Source: Phoronis australis
Lineage: Eukaryota; Animalia; Phoronida
Length of the DNA stretch: 64,000 nucleotides
Direction of reading: 5' to 3'
NCBI GenBank assembly: GCA_002633005.1
Contig: NMRA01000636.1
Location: 44,171-108,170 of the forward strand
The position numbers were made by a program, and so were the translations under genes. The first letter of the stretch is position 1, and every line of letters starts with the position of its first letter. Below, in pieces: positions 39,443-53,400 of this stretch. The notes beneath the pieces were generated by a model that ran no database searches, was not told the DNA's origin, and was given only the letters and a program-made list of their open reading frames with translations.

Positions 39443-41111
39443 CTGGAAAGGATCTTTGTTCTAGATAGAAAATATAGTTACTTAGAGAACTTGTAGATGA
39501 TACAGAGTTATTGGTCGGTGTGTTGGGAGTAGAGTTTAAAATTAGCAGGTCTGATCAATTGAGAAAAATGACTTTTCATTGCTACCTAGAGGGAAAATTT
39601 GTTTTTCTGGTATGTTGGGACACGTTTTAGACATTGCACCTTAGATAATTAGCTTGGGTTTAAAGGAAATTGCCCATTTCACATCACCCTACTCATCGCA
39701 GTCAACGGCAATTTTGCGAAATTTTACCCATAACTTTCCGGCAAGTCTCAAAATTATGTCTTAGCCACACATTGCGTCCTACAATTCCCAAAATACCCCT
39801 TTACTGTTTTTAAAGATACCAAAGACAAGTAATCACAGCCTAAGCCAAAATTTCATTTAGCTACATAAGAAATACAACTTGGACAAAAGTAGTCAGATCC
39901 ATCCATAAGTCAAAACCAGCCATGCTTTCCTCAATATAAACTTATGTTCCAAAATTTCATGAAGGTCTATCAAAGAACTTATGTTGAGGTAGAAACAAAA
40001 TTTTATTTATTTTGTAGTATCTAATTTGAATTAACAATTTAAAGTCAAATGTAAGTGTGGATTACAGAGGTACTTACAGAAAAGCGGCCTCATTGATAAC
40101 CCAAGACACCTGACTACCAGTGGACACCCAAAAAATTTCAAACAGTAAATTTGCATGGAGGTAGCTTTTGACATCATCATTTAACAAAATAGGTAGAATC
40201 TGTCTAACATTGGGGAAGACCCTGTCCTTTAATTCAAAGAAACTTGTTGCCAAATAGCAATTAGGGGACACCGCAGTAGTAACTCATGACCAAAAATCAT
40301 GATCGATTACACGCCTACTAAATTTTAGCTATGACCCTTTGAGCAGCAAGGGAGATAGAGATAATGAAGTAAAAAAAGACTTGAAATCAATAATACGGCC
40401 ACTACGGATGCAAAATACATTAATCTGTCAGAAAATGGGAATGTTATTGTCTCCTTAACAGAAAATAATGTGCCAAATTTCAAGAAAATTTGCCCAGTTA
40501 GTTACAAAACTTTCTCAAAGATCCGTCAAAGGTACACCAGACAGATGGCAATAATAGCAATTTGTGCTCCCACGTCAAAAATATTTCTAAATGTAAACAA
40601 CTTTTCTAAAGATAAACAAGCAGCCATAACTGTGTTCCAATTAGAAGACAGACATGATTGGCAACCAAGCGTGACTCGTCAAATTCATGGTAATTTTGAG
40701 AGAGTGAACAATATAAGAGTTTCTAACTAGCTCTGACACAAAGTTGAACTGAAGTGTTGCCAGGAGACAAGGCATTCAGAAAACGCATGGTCAGTACCGG
40801 CAAATGGACATTCAAATACCAACATCAATGAAGCAGACAAACAACTTACAAACAACAGTCAACAAAATGTTGAAGTAATTACATATCCAACAAAACAAAT
40901 ACACATAACGGAGGACTTGAAAAATACATTTACAAGTACTTTACCCTCAAACATAATGGAAAATAACAATCCTAAGGATAAAAGAAAAACATAAAAAGTG
41001 TCAAACACCTGCTCATCTCGCATTAAACACAAAGCAAGAATTAAGCTGTCTTGATGATTCGAATGTGGACTTTATAAACAAAAAGATAAAACTTTTAATA
41101 GATGAACTTAC

Positions 41112-42323
41112 TGACATTTCCATGGAGCCCAAGTTCACATATTGTTCTGCACCAGTCTGTTGAAGGGAGCTAGCTATTTCAGCTATCGCCTCTACATCTG
41201 GATCTTTAGGTTTGAACACACTTGTTACTTTGGTACTCCACTTTTCTTCCTCCCTATCCACGTTCTTAACCTTTTTCGCATCAGATAGAATGTTAGGATT
41301 CTCAACATCAGGGACACCAGAACAAGAACCTTCAATTTGAGCAACTGATCCAGTTTTCTCAGTCTCCTCCACAACAGGACGAGATCTGCCATCTTTCACA
41401 AAAACACTCTTGGGATCAACGTTTGTATCGATTTCATCAACCCATGATGGAGTCTTGCTGCTTTCCGAGTAAACACTTTCTGATTTGGCAGGTTTACTAA
41501 GCTTGAAATTTAATGTTTGCTTAAGCTTGCCAACTATTACAGAAGCAGCGAGTTTCATTATTGTATCTTTGTTATCTGGAACTGGGTTAGACGTGACCCC
41601 TTCTACAAGTGAACTGGAGGAGGTGCCTTGAGTTTTACAAGGTTCTTCCTCCACCTTGTTCTGCACATGCTTAAACGCTAAAGGTTGTACATCTCCTTGT
41701 ATACTTTTAGACTCCAAAATTTCTGGTCTTACATTTTCAGTACTTGCAGACTTCAAAGGTTCTGGTTTTACAATTTCTTTTACTTCTTCAGAGACTACAC
41801 TTTCATGCTCCTCATTGCCTTTTAAAATCTTAAACAAAAGAATCTGAGGTTGCGCGTCTCCCACAGCACTCTTCTCATCTGCAATTGCTGGTTGAACATT
41901 TATGTCGACACACTGGGAGTCTACATGTTCTGTTTCAATCTCCCCAACTGATTTACTTCCTCTTGGACTCAGGCGTCTGCCCTTGACAGGCGACTCAACG
42001 GCCAATTTTCTTCCCCTTCGCGTTTCGGTCCCCTGTCTGTGAGCCCTCTCAGGAACTTCAGTCACATAGCTACTTTCACCTTTTCTTCCCACACCCTTTC
42101 TTCCATTAGTTTTCTGGGTCTTTTCCACAGAGCCACTCCCTGTCGCTGTAGTTTCGCTTTCATTTCCACTAGCATCACAGTCGGGTGGCAAAAATTCCTC
42201 CAACTTCAAGTTACCAGTGCTACGTGTATTACGAGGTGATGTTGATGAAACAGCTCTTCTGGGAGATCTGGACGGGCTGTCAGCAGCAGCAGATTTAGCT
42301 GATCTTCGTGTCGTAGGCATCAT
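41112..42323 (-). CDS. DIDO1: DIDO1/PHF3/PPS-like gene, first coding exon (low-complexity N-terminus, MMPTTRRSAKS...)
   Basis: Inside the 450-aa ORF; acceptor ttttgcag at 42329-42330, ATG at 42323, donor TCA|gtaagt at 41111; 1212 nt, phase 0. Confidence 0.8.
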
Positions 42324-42531
42324 GCAATCTGCAAAATTATATTGACACTGACCAAATTTCACCAAACTTCGTGAAAGAAATGTTACGTTGAAATTTCACA
42401 GCCACTCAAAAACCACTGCTAACACCTCATTGTGGCAGTTATCTGCTGTGACTGAACATGCATCAGCAAGTTTCAAGTGCTATAGCTTTTAAGTGAGTGT
42501 TACCTTGTACACTGACCTATTTTGCTGGATT

Positions 42532-43772
42532 TTTACTAGGCGGAATTCTTCAAATTCCGACAAGTATGTTGCTCTGTCACTAAGTTTTTTTTTTGTTTAT
42601 TCGCACGATACAGGTCACAATTTTCGTCCGATCATCACGAAATTTACACATAACACGTAGTTCCGGAAGTACTGGAAGCCTATTGTTTTTCGTCATAATC
42701 GGATCCAAGATGGCGGATGTGGCGGCCATTTTGTTTTCAATTAAAGGTTCAAATGCTTCTGGAGGCTACAATTTTTTACGTAAAGGGCTAGGAATCGGCA
42801 CAGTTAATGGACCGGAAGTGTGCTACAAGTATACCGAAAATTGTTTACTTCCGGTTAAAGATGGCGGAAATATTGGTGATCGCCCATGCACACATCGATT
42901 TTGGCCTAAAAACGTTTTCTCCTGTAGAGAGAACATTGTAGGGACAATTCCTTCAAATTTTTGCAGGGGTTAGTTTCTTATGACATGCTATTGTACATAA
43001 CCAATAAACCGGAAGTTGCTTTCAAGATGGCGGATCTGGCGCATGTTGACCTATTTTCAGTCGTGCTGGAGTGTGATTTTAAACGGGAAGAGAAAAAGAC
43101 GTGATTTTTTGCATGTGGATTCTTTAAAGTATACTCTTTCAAATGACCTGTAACAACTTTTTCTCAGACTTACCGTTTTCAAGTTATTTGACTTTAAAAT
43201 TCTTTAAAAAAATGCAAAATTTCATTCTTTTCGAAAAATTTACGGAATTAGGCGATACCATCAGTTTAGATAGAGTTTTGAATGGGCTTTCAGAAGATGT
43301 TTTCCATTTTTCCCTAGGACGTCTACTTTTCGAGTTATTTGAGATTTTCTGATAACGCTGTTCCTTTGTTGAGCGCTCTTGCTGCATTGATGTTGGTTTA
43401 GCTTCTATTGAACTAAACTGTAGCCTATTTCTTATTGATTGATGACATCTAAGTTCGTCATATGAATGTTACGATGTTGTTTATCATCTCCACCACCATC
43501 ATCATATTTGTCATCTTTGTCATCATCTCCGACGTCGTCTTGTTTTAAGTTAGTTTTGCCAAGTGTCGCTCAAGACTGTAGCCTATCTCTTAGTGATTAC
43601 TGACCTCTACATTCTTCATATGAATGATATCCTGACTTGCATTGTCCATCATCGCCACCATCGTCATCATAGCTGTCTTCTTCGTCATCATCTCTGTCGT
43701 CGTCTTTTCTGGTCATCTCTAACGTGGTTTTTATGGTTAATTTCGCCAAGTTTCGCTCCTCGGAAACTTTAA
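42532..43772 (+). mobile_element. Second HINE-like family with ETS and YY1 motif monomers
   Basis: 5' T-run plus hairpin cggaatt..aattccg, monomers spaced 151-166 bp, 3' degenerate subTIR atttcgccaag with palindrome aagtttc..gaaactt. Confidence 0.5.
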
Positions 43773-46287
43773 TAATTTTTTATTTTCGCTTTTTTTAAAT
43801 AACTAAAGATACAATTATAAGATAATTTGAATAAAACACATCCAAAGAGTAATACCTTGACGATATTATTGCAATTTAACATACTTGGACCTTGCAAATT
43901 ACACTTAAAATTCGACTGCACCTGCCTTTTTGGATGTGTTCCTGGATGGACCATGCTTTATCAAGTGATTAAATTTTTATTGAAATGGGTTAGAATAAGA
44001 TTGTTGATGATGACATTGAGTGTACACTTTAAAAAAATTCAGGTCGGGAAGTTAGGAGGTGCTAAAGTGTAAAAATTAATTTTTCTAATATTTTTATCAA
44101 AAAAATAAAAGTGTACACTCAGGGTTGAATGCAGAATTTTCTCACAAATCCTTTGATATCAAAATCATAGGAGTCGGTTCAGAAACGGCCATCCAGCAGC
44201 AAAAACTCTGACCCTCACTTAAAATCACAAAAATTTAGCAGTAAGTGAAAAATTTGCGAAGTGCTTGCATTACTTTAATTTTTAAGAATATTCATCATCG
44301 CCCCAATTTGTTTTAATAGATTTTAATAGAAAGGAGAAAGTTCAAATATTCTGTTGGCACACTTTTCATTTCATGTCATTTAGTATCCTAACAGATATCA
44401 GCTTGTGAAAATCATGAAAAATGGCAAAATTTTGCTCTTGCTGAATTTCGGCAATATTGGTTTGCTCACAGGGCTTGACAACGAGCTGCAGGTCGCATTT
44501 GCGTGAAATTTGGAAATGCGAGCTGAGATTTTTGTCAGCTCGTATCAAGTCGCAAAATGCGACCTGGAATTTCCAACGAAGGCGAGCTAGTGAGTTTTTA
44601 CACTTCTCGGCAGATACCTGGCAAATATAAAGCAGCTATTGTTAGTCCGACCATTACTTGGTTGTTGCCAAATCCAAGTTCAAAAGACCACTAAGTGAGA
44701 ACAGCCCTCCCGATGACTTGTAAGCAAGTCGCGTGACCATGGGATATGCAGAATCGATCTTTGATGCGTTCCTTTGGCTAACATTTTCGGCCACTTATGA
44801 AAATTTCCGGAATTTCCAAAGAAAGTTTTGGGCCACATAACACGTGATAAAACCTCACAAAACAGTGGTGTTTCTATTAATTCTTAAGCGATCAACTTAT
44901 CAAACTTTGTGGTGGACAATTTTTTTTGTTTTTCGCTCAAGATGTCCTTATTACCTTTACCAAATATCCACGACAATATCCCTGATATCGCACTGCGGCA
45001 CTGGTCGGTCCCATTGTTAGCGTGCAAGCGGTCCCGGCAAGACAATCGTGACTTAGATATGTGCGCTTCGTTTTTATCCCATAAGACAGCCAAAGTGAAA
45101 ATGAAAACCTATTAATCCCCAAACAACGATCACATCTTTACTTTCAGTTGCCTAGAAATTCTCAAACCCCATTACTTGTTTCTCAGTGGGGCTACGTGCG
45201 CGAAATATGATTTGTCTTTCACACGTTGTTGCCAACGTAAAGTGTAGGCCTATTCCAGCGATTCAAGTGCGTGAACTCACGCGTGCCCACCGTTTTGAAG
45301 CTGTACATCAATTGAGAACAGCGGCAGTCCTAAATGAAAGAGTATACCGGCTTGGCTCTGTCAAGCACCTGGGTGCCAATGGTTTATTTGAAAATGAACT
45401 CATAGATTTCCGGCGGTTATGATGCTTTACGATATTCCCCGGGACGGATGTAACCCAGAACTGATATTTTCCGGTTCCGATGTTTCTCGAGGTCGATGTT
45501 CTCTAAACCCTATATTCTATGCCCGTAGCAAGCTATTGCAACTAAACGGGTACTAGATGCGAAATTGTGGTTAGCGAACTTTTTATTCTTCTCTTCATAC
45601 ACCTCCCCCCGCCCCCTCCATGGCAACTTTTCGTTCCCCTGACCACCGCCGCCGCAAAAATGTTCAGACTCCAATAGAAACAATCATGTTCCGGCTGAAG
45701 CGGGCAATTAAAAACAAAATTATTCCAGGTGGCTAAAAAGGGTACAGTGTAGGTGGTAACGATATGCAGAAAGTCACCACTACTAGATGGAGTTTGCCTC
45801 GCAAAATCGTATTGTTATAACGTGTCATTGTAGTCTTTTAATATCTTATTACCGCAAATACTCAGGTTAACGACTATGCTAACGCACAAGCCTACTCCCT
45901 ACCTTTGAAGTGTTTCACAATAAGCGCTCACTGACCTACTGAGCGTTCCCCCTCAACTTTTGAGAATTTCCAATTAAGCGCCCACAGTTTAGGCTAGCGT
46001 CCATCATATCGCACAACAAACGACCGCGCGTGGTTTAAAATTGACTCGCAGCCTATATGGTGTGTCACTCTCATTTTACACAACAAATTCCGTTTTCAAA
46101 AAACGTCTTTTCTCAATATGTAAAAACCAAATCCCACCTTTGTTTTATACCTCCGAAAGAAAGTTAACACTAGTGACATGCGTGTCGTTTTGTGACTGAC
46201 CTATTTTCCCTGTACCTGGAAGGTATTGAGCAAACTTGCCATTACCAGATGGAAACTCGCACGGAGGGAGTCGGGAATTATTTGGAG

Positions 46288-48742
46288 TAGTGAGAACAGC
46301 GTTTTTCAAGAATTTTTGAAAATGTGCATGTAATATACATCACGAGAAAGCTCTATACGAGACCAAAAGAACGGTGCAAAAAATTTTTAAATCGCACTTA
46401 CGGTTCCAGAGAAAATGGTGTTTTAGTGTCAAATTTTTTGGTAAAAATTCTGTCAAATCAAATTTGTGAGTTTGAAATATTATGGTTACAAATCTACGTA
46501 ACCTAGGCAGACATGTTATACATTATTTCAAAGAAAATTTTATGATGAATAATTTGCAAAAAAGAACATTCCGACTGGACATTCCTGTGCGAAGATATTG
46601 ACCTTAGAGTCAACAAAGCCGACGAAGAAAAGTCAGTACGTACAATTTTGTCATTTCAAATTGGCATAAAATAACAATTACTCAAAAAAAATAAGCTAGT
46701 ATCATTTCAAGATTTTTCATCAGGAAAGTTGAAATCTGATAATTGGTTGGGCAAATTATTGATATTATTTTGTAACTTTTTTGTTGACATGCAGTTTGCG
46801 ACTCACTTAACTTTGTCAAAATGCATTACTTTAAAAAATTAAAGATAAACAACATCATTTCAAATATGTATTGATGAAAACTATCATAAACAAAAATTTT
46901 AATACAAGCTTCATACAGTAAATAGAAATTAAACATACTTTCCACAACAATGTAACAAAATGTAGACCTTGTCTTGAGCCATGCAGGAAAGTTCATGCTA
47001 TACAAATGATAACAGCAATATTTATTTCCAAAGTTGTCTTGATATGAACACATAAAGGTATGTATGATGGGCAGATAAATAAAGTTCTCAAGGCATCCTC
47101 ATGGAAGGAAGGTCAAACCTTTTCACTGATTATTGACAGTGAGTACCAGCAAGTAAACAGACAGTCAGTGGAGTTCCTTGCACAGACTTGTGGCCTCTTC
47201 AAGGGGCCAAACCCTTTCACCGACTATCGAAAGTCAGTGGAGTGCCTTACAGACTTATGGCATCCTCAAGGAAGGGGGGTCCAAACACTTTCACTAAGTC
47301 AGTGGAGTACGTCACAGAGATGTATCATCCTCAAGGAAGGGGGCTGTTAAGTCAGTGGAATACCTATACCATATGGAGCACTACAGCACTTCGAGGTCCT
47401 CTTCTTGACCAAAATTGTCCATCACCCGAAAGGTGCGCACAGCCTCATTTTCATCGTAGTGGGTATTGAGCCAAACTCACTTGCTGACTGCAAGTAGAAT
47501 TGGTAGAAGCAGGAAAGAAGAAGGATCTGGACCAAGAGCTAAAAGCAGAGTCTGATGAGACAGAAATGCGAGACATGATGATATGATAGTACACTGACAA
47601 ATAGGAATGAAATTATAAGAAAAAATGATGAAGAAAATAACAACTGGTTTGATAAACAGCAATTTCCAACAAAGGTTACCTGAAAGATATAGGCCAGGCT
47701 GAGATATATAACAATCTAGACGAACACCTGAATGTTGTTTTGTAAAAACTATAGTCATGGTAGAAAAAAATATTGATAGCATGTATAGTTTTTCATGGTA
47801 GTAAACATAAAGTTTTGGTTGAAAACACAGCACTGGAGTAGAAATACACAGTTGTAATATTTGTTTACTCTAAAATTAAAATGTTTTCATTTTCTATCTT
47901 GACATATACTGGCTAAACTGTCTTGGCCAGTATGGGTGGTCCTGTCTGACAACAAGTCAGGTCTTAGTGGCCTGACCTACAAAAATGTGAGGCAAAAATA
48001 GGAAAACAAGAACCTTAAATGAGAGAATCATTGTTCTCACAACGAGAAATTACTTCTTGGGTCTCTTTTACATTAACTTTTCAACAGGAAAAGTTGAAAT
48101 GCTTTACTCTGGGAACCAAAAATTCGCCGCGATTCGAAGGAGCACCCCTAGCGGCAGTACCTGGAACTACGAAGTGAGTCAGAAATACGCCCGACTGTCA
48201 GAAATCGACGAAGGGCACGTTTGCAACAAGTGTTTGAAATAGTTCACTGATGAACCTTTTAGTGCGCAATAGGATTCATTATGTGCGCAAATTAGGAAAT
48301 TTACCAATTAATTCAGGTCAAAGTTGAAGGTCGCGGGAACTGGCAACTTTTTCAACTTTTAAGTCAACGAAAGTGAAAAATACTTACGTAATAACGTGCG
48401 CAAGGGTTTCTTCTACAAGTTCACGAAGTTTCACGCCAAAATTCAAGAGTTTAGTCTTCTCCTGAGTTGAAAACCAAATACCACTTGTTTTTACCGGTGG
48501 CCATTTTGCTTTGAAATGTCGGTCACGTCGCTGCAAAAAAACTCGTGCAAAGTATTATTAAACGGATTTTGCGACAAAAAAAAAACTAACATTTCAGTAA
48601 AATAACGTCTTATTTCATACTTTGAAGTAATCTTTATTCACATTTATTGCATTTTTGAGTGATTTTTTGCCGATTGTAATGTGCAAATTTTACACGGTGA
48701 CTGATACGCGAAGCGATTTGATGACGTATGTTGTCCTCGCTA
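46288..48742. mobile_element. Nested TIR element with 7-bp TSD (hATw-like)
   Basis: Termini TAGTGAGAACAGC / GTTGTCCTCGCTA, TSD TTTGGAG; the empty site is visible in the other host copy at about 10510-10525. Confidence 0.75.
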
Positions 48743-49228
48743 TTTGGAGGCTATTCACTTCATAGAAAACTAATTGTTGAGTACGTAAACAGCATAAGTA
48801 CTACATTTTTGTTGTGAAATTTGCACTGAATTGTTTATTCGGTTAAAGCATCGTTTCACGGATTTTTTTTCGACAGACGTTTTTCAAACATGAGTTAAGT
48901 TGCAAAATTTGGGCTGCGAACAAAAAGCGGAGGGAATTTACCCTCGGAGTTAGTTTGAATCTTTAGCGACTTTGCCAGTAGCAGGTCAGACCTAGCAAAA
49001 TCCCGGATACTTTTTCAACGGGCATTTTCTCCCTTCTCAAATCGCAAACTTAGCTATTCGAATGCACGTGTCAGTTAGAGAGCACGAATTCAACTTTCAC
49101 GTCGGGAACTTGATTTGCGCTCTAGAGACTTTCAATGATGGTCGTGTAGAACAGTAAGGCCTACCTGCATGAACGAAGTCAGTTTTGGGATCTGAAATTT
49201 GTGAGTATTTAACGCGGCAGGAAAGAGT

Positions 49229-49528
49229 TGTAGTAAATGTCGACGTCAGCCCCGGCTGTGGCGTCTCTATGTTGTGATGTCCTTTTGGTAACAATGTTGG
49301 TCTTGGCCTGGTGCGACGTCTAACGCCAGAAGAGCCCAGCCGAGGTCACCCTTCTATCACGTGACCAGTCACCCTTCAAGACCACGTGACAAGATCGTCT
49401 GGGCCAGCTCGCTGCCGTCCTGTGCGGACGTAATGTGAGTATACTCCGGACTTTGGTCTTGCACCGCGTTAATAGGCCCGAACCTGTGTGTCTGCTTAGG
49501 CAGCCGACCCCACTTTTTTATTACAACA
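49229..49528. mobile_element. Solo LTR (300 bp), 4-bp TSD, Gypsy-like
   Basis: TGTAGTAA...TTACAACA, TSD GAGT; absent from the homologous position near 11040. Confidence 0.7.
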
Positions 49529-50492
49529 GAGTATAATCTAAACATTTTCTCGATGATCTAAAATCAATTTTGGCGCGTAAAAATGGCGGGAAAATTTTGT
49601 GACCTGGCATTTATGAATGCGAGCTGGATTTTGGAAATGCGACCTGGGATTCTGGCGATTTTAGTAGCATCGAGCCCTGGCTCACCCTACCGAGGCACTC
49701 GGCAAGGGGCTACGTGTTGCCTACCTGGTGAGAGGATTAACGTTAATGGAGTCAGATTGTAAACAATAACACAGAATTGTAAACAATAACCTAAACCCCG
49801 ACGTCGTGCAACTTATCCAGTATATAATTTTGAAGTTTTTTTAGGCAACCCAGCCCGGCAGAAGACGGTGCTGAGTCAAATGACCGCAAGCGCAGGGATT
49901 TACAAGACAAACCATGCCGGTATTTAAGTCACACAGCTCAATGGTACTTACCTTGAAATGCAGTTGCTTAAACACTTCTTAAATGCAATCACAAGTTATA
50001 GTGAGTTCAACATAGCAAATTAAAACGTAAGGTTTGCAACTTCTGCCATGTTTTATCACGTGGTACAAAAATTCTTTTTTCATTATTTTTATTGCTGTTA
50101 TTTCAGAAAAATAAGCCACGCAAATAACTTGAATATGTTTATGATGAATTAAATACTTCATCTGTGTCTACTTTATAATCTATAGCGTATTATTTAAACT
50201 GTCTCGGTGTTCTTTTTAGTGGGTCAAAAGGTCGTATTTCCGTTTGTGGCGAAAGTGAGAAAGAATCAGGAACCATATTCCCCGCCGGGCAATGGTCTAC
50301 GTTTGTCTTGGTATTATTCTGTTCATAGAATATTTTGTATTAAGTGCAGAGTATCATCAAAGTAACGTGTATTGGAAACTAGAAAGACCTTTGTTCCTAG
50401 TCAGACCCGGTGCTCACTCTCAGACTCACGCTGTCACAGGCGCTTGAGAAGTTGAGTTTAACTTTATCTGTTCCTCAATGTCAATCACGACT

Positions 50493-53400
50493 AGGCAATG
50501 ACCATCGCCTCTGTTGGCCCGAACCAGAGGCGATGCAGCTCCTATAGGCGCTCTGCACGCCGGAAGCTTTTCGGCGAATTATGCCTCGCACCGACTAAAC
50601 CATCAAAGTCACGTTGTTATAAATACCTTTTGCACATAGAGGAACACCTGAGGAGGTTGTCAATGTGTTTAATTCTAGGGACGTGACAAAGTCTTATCTC
50701 AACGCTGATTGGCTTTTCCCAGATGTTGCGTAATGGCGATTATCGATTAGACAGCCATTGTTTTATGGTGGCTATAGTATTTCCACTCTCTCTCCTCCAG
50801 AAACCAAGAAAACGGGGAACCACATTATTGATGACGTAGACCGTAAATTCTTCTGGGCATACGTCATTTTCTTTGTTGAATTTTCATTCTTGTCAAAGCA
50901 TGTCACTGGTGAGAAGTTGGGGGAATTTTTCGCTCCTGTTTGACTGCTTGTATTTTGAAAGGTAAGTTATTTTTTCTTATGAAATGTGTTCTTTATTCTT
51001 TTTTTATATCTTTTGCAACCGCTCACCAAATTTCAATTCAATCAAATCACCGTATCATGATCTGCTAACTCCGGCAAAGTTAAGACCCGAGGCAGGCATT
51101 CTCGCCAACCAGCCATAACGGACCTGTGTATCGGCATTGCCGTTTATGGTTAACAATTGCTCTTAAATTAGGTAGATTGACTAGTTTATGTAAATTAATA
51201 GCAGAATTGATCAATTTGGATGAAGTTCCATACATTTTCATGTGTATTTTTTGTATATCAATGACTTTGTAAGGTGTAGTATAGGTAATCTTGGTCCGGC
51301 GAATTTTGGACACGTGATCAAATCCCAGAGATTTGATTGGCTCAAAACCTGAATTCTTTGATAATGTTGAAGTGTGATTTTGGCTAGATTTTCTTCACAA
51401 TATTGCCATGATTTACTATTTTTTATGAAATAAAACCACAGTTTGTCAACTCCATATGACAGTAGTGTTTTTGTTGATTTTTTCATTGAATAACATATAA
51501 TGATTTTCTAATTAAACACGTTAAAAAAAATTTTCAGTTTGGGACAAGAATAGCTTGCTGATATTGTTGTTCTTTCAAAAGTTAAGTTGGTGCCTGGAAA
51601 ATCATTGAGTAGGTACATCGATTCTTTTACCTTCTTGAGGTATTTGACAAAATATAATTCCACTGGCCTGACATGATATTGTGTCCACAACTGGAGAATT
51701 TACATTTGTAGTTTTCAAGTTCTTGAAGTACACTTATTAAGGAAAGGAACTGTTCAATTTTTTGAAAAAAGATAAATCAATGCATTTTGTGAACACAAAA
51801 TGCCTCATAAAAAGTATAATTTTTTGTTATGTGTTGCTCATCTAAGTAGAATGTTTTTCACTTTGTTGCACATCAGTGTAAAAAAATTCAAACTTTAGTT
51901 TTAGGGTTCGTAGTGAGTGTTTAATAGTAATTACAGGACAAGGCAGTCTGAATCATTTGGTGTNNNNNNNNNNNNNNNNNNNNNNNNNNNNNNNNNNNNN
52001 NNNNNNNNNNNNNNNNNNNNNNNNNNNNNNNNNNNNNNNNNNNNNNNNNNNNNNNNNNNNNNNNNNNNNNNNNNNNNNNNNNNNNNNNNNNNNNNNNNNN
52101 NNNNNNNNNCTTAAAGTTGAACGAATCTCGTTTTGGTTTCATTTATCTTGTAAAATTGTATTACTACAACTACTTTTCTGTTATGGGTGGCAGCCATCTT
52201 GGCAGCCATTTTGTACAAAATAAACATGTATGCATAACACAATTGTATGATATCCTTGCAGTTCATAAAAACACATTTAATATTCATTTATTACATGTAC
52301 ATCATGGTTGCATGGTTGCTGAATCAATCTCTTCTTGTGGTCGTTAATGCAGTAACGTTGGCAGCCATTTTGGCAGCTATTGCGGAAATGTCGAAAATAT
52401 TACCTAAACATGTTTTTCACCATTCTCTTCAAAAAAGCAATGAAAAGACCTATCATTTGGTATATCACACCATATAGTTCGTTAATGGTATGTTACACCA
52501 TATAGTTCATTAACGTAAAACAATAAGACGTTTTTGCAGTCATAATGGTGGCCATATTGTCCGCCATTTTGGAATTTGGAATTTTTTGTTGTCTTAAACA
52601 TGTTTCTCACCAAGTAAATGCTAGGATGTTCATATCCTGAAATTTTCATGTTGTTATTAAAAGTATTGAGGAAGTTATTGTGAAAAAACTAATTTTGGGT
52701 CACATAAATTCCTCTAATTCCCATGTATTCAGTGGACTAAAAAAAGGGCTAATTATCGCTCTTCAAACGTTCATAAAAAGTCAACGGCTCAACGGATTTT
52801 GTTAATTTTTTTTTTGTTTGAATTTGTTTTTGATGTTTTTTTAAACCAATGCATTTTTAAATATTAAATAAGAATTTGAAATTTTTTGTCACGTCCCTAG
52901 TTTAATTCCTTCCAACTCGAACAAATACTCCCGTTATGAAACTTTTTCTTCGAGCAGTCCCTATTTCAGTTCCCAAAATCGTGAACTCACCATTTTTACA
53001 CTGCGCACGCTCCATTTTTTACCGCGCTCGCTAGGTGATGTGACTTCATGACCTCAATCTTTAAATAGGCCAAAGGTGAGCCATTGCGGTCTTGTCAGTC
53101 AAATGTTCGTTTCCAAAATGCCACCACTTATACTTGTCTGTAATTGGCGTTACTTGAAACTGATTGTATTTTAATGAATTATTGTTTGTATTTGATAAAA
53201 ATAAATGCTGTTGATATGACATTTAATAGTCTTTGTGCACATATTTGACATTTTAATGTTTAACAACAGGGCAAATGCATGGCTGGTTCCCGGCAGCATG
53301 TACGCAAAGGGAGGGAACTTCAGCTTTCAAAGTTCGCCGGTAGGACTGCAACTTCTGACGTGCGCCGAGTGAAAATGTTGATTTCACGATTTTGGGAACT

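Larger units (their letters stand above)
44469..49679. mobile_element. Second copy of the 5-bp-TSD TIR element, with two nested insertions
   Basis: CAGGGCTTGA...TCGAGCCCTG with TSD GCTCA; collinear with 8782-11203 apart from the insertions. Confidence 0.8.

Noticed and set aside
41013-42365. 450-aa ORF as a stand-alone gene
   Set aside because: It is one large exon; both ORF ends run into intron beyond clear splice sites.
48388-48540. As the ancestral exon 1 of the DIDO-like gene
   Set aside because: It lies inside a doubly nested transposon with intact TSDs, so it can only be a secondary, TE-derived start.
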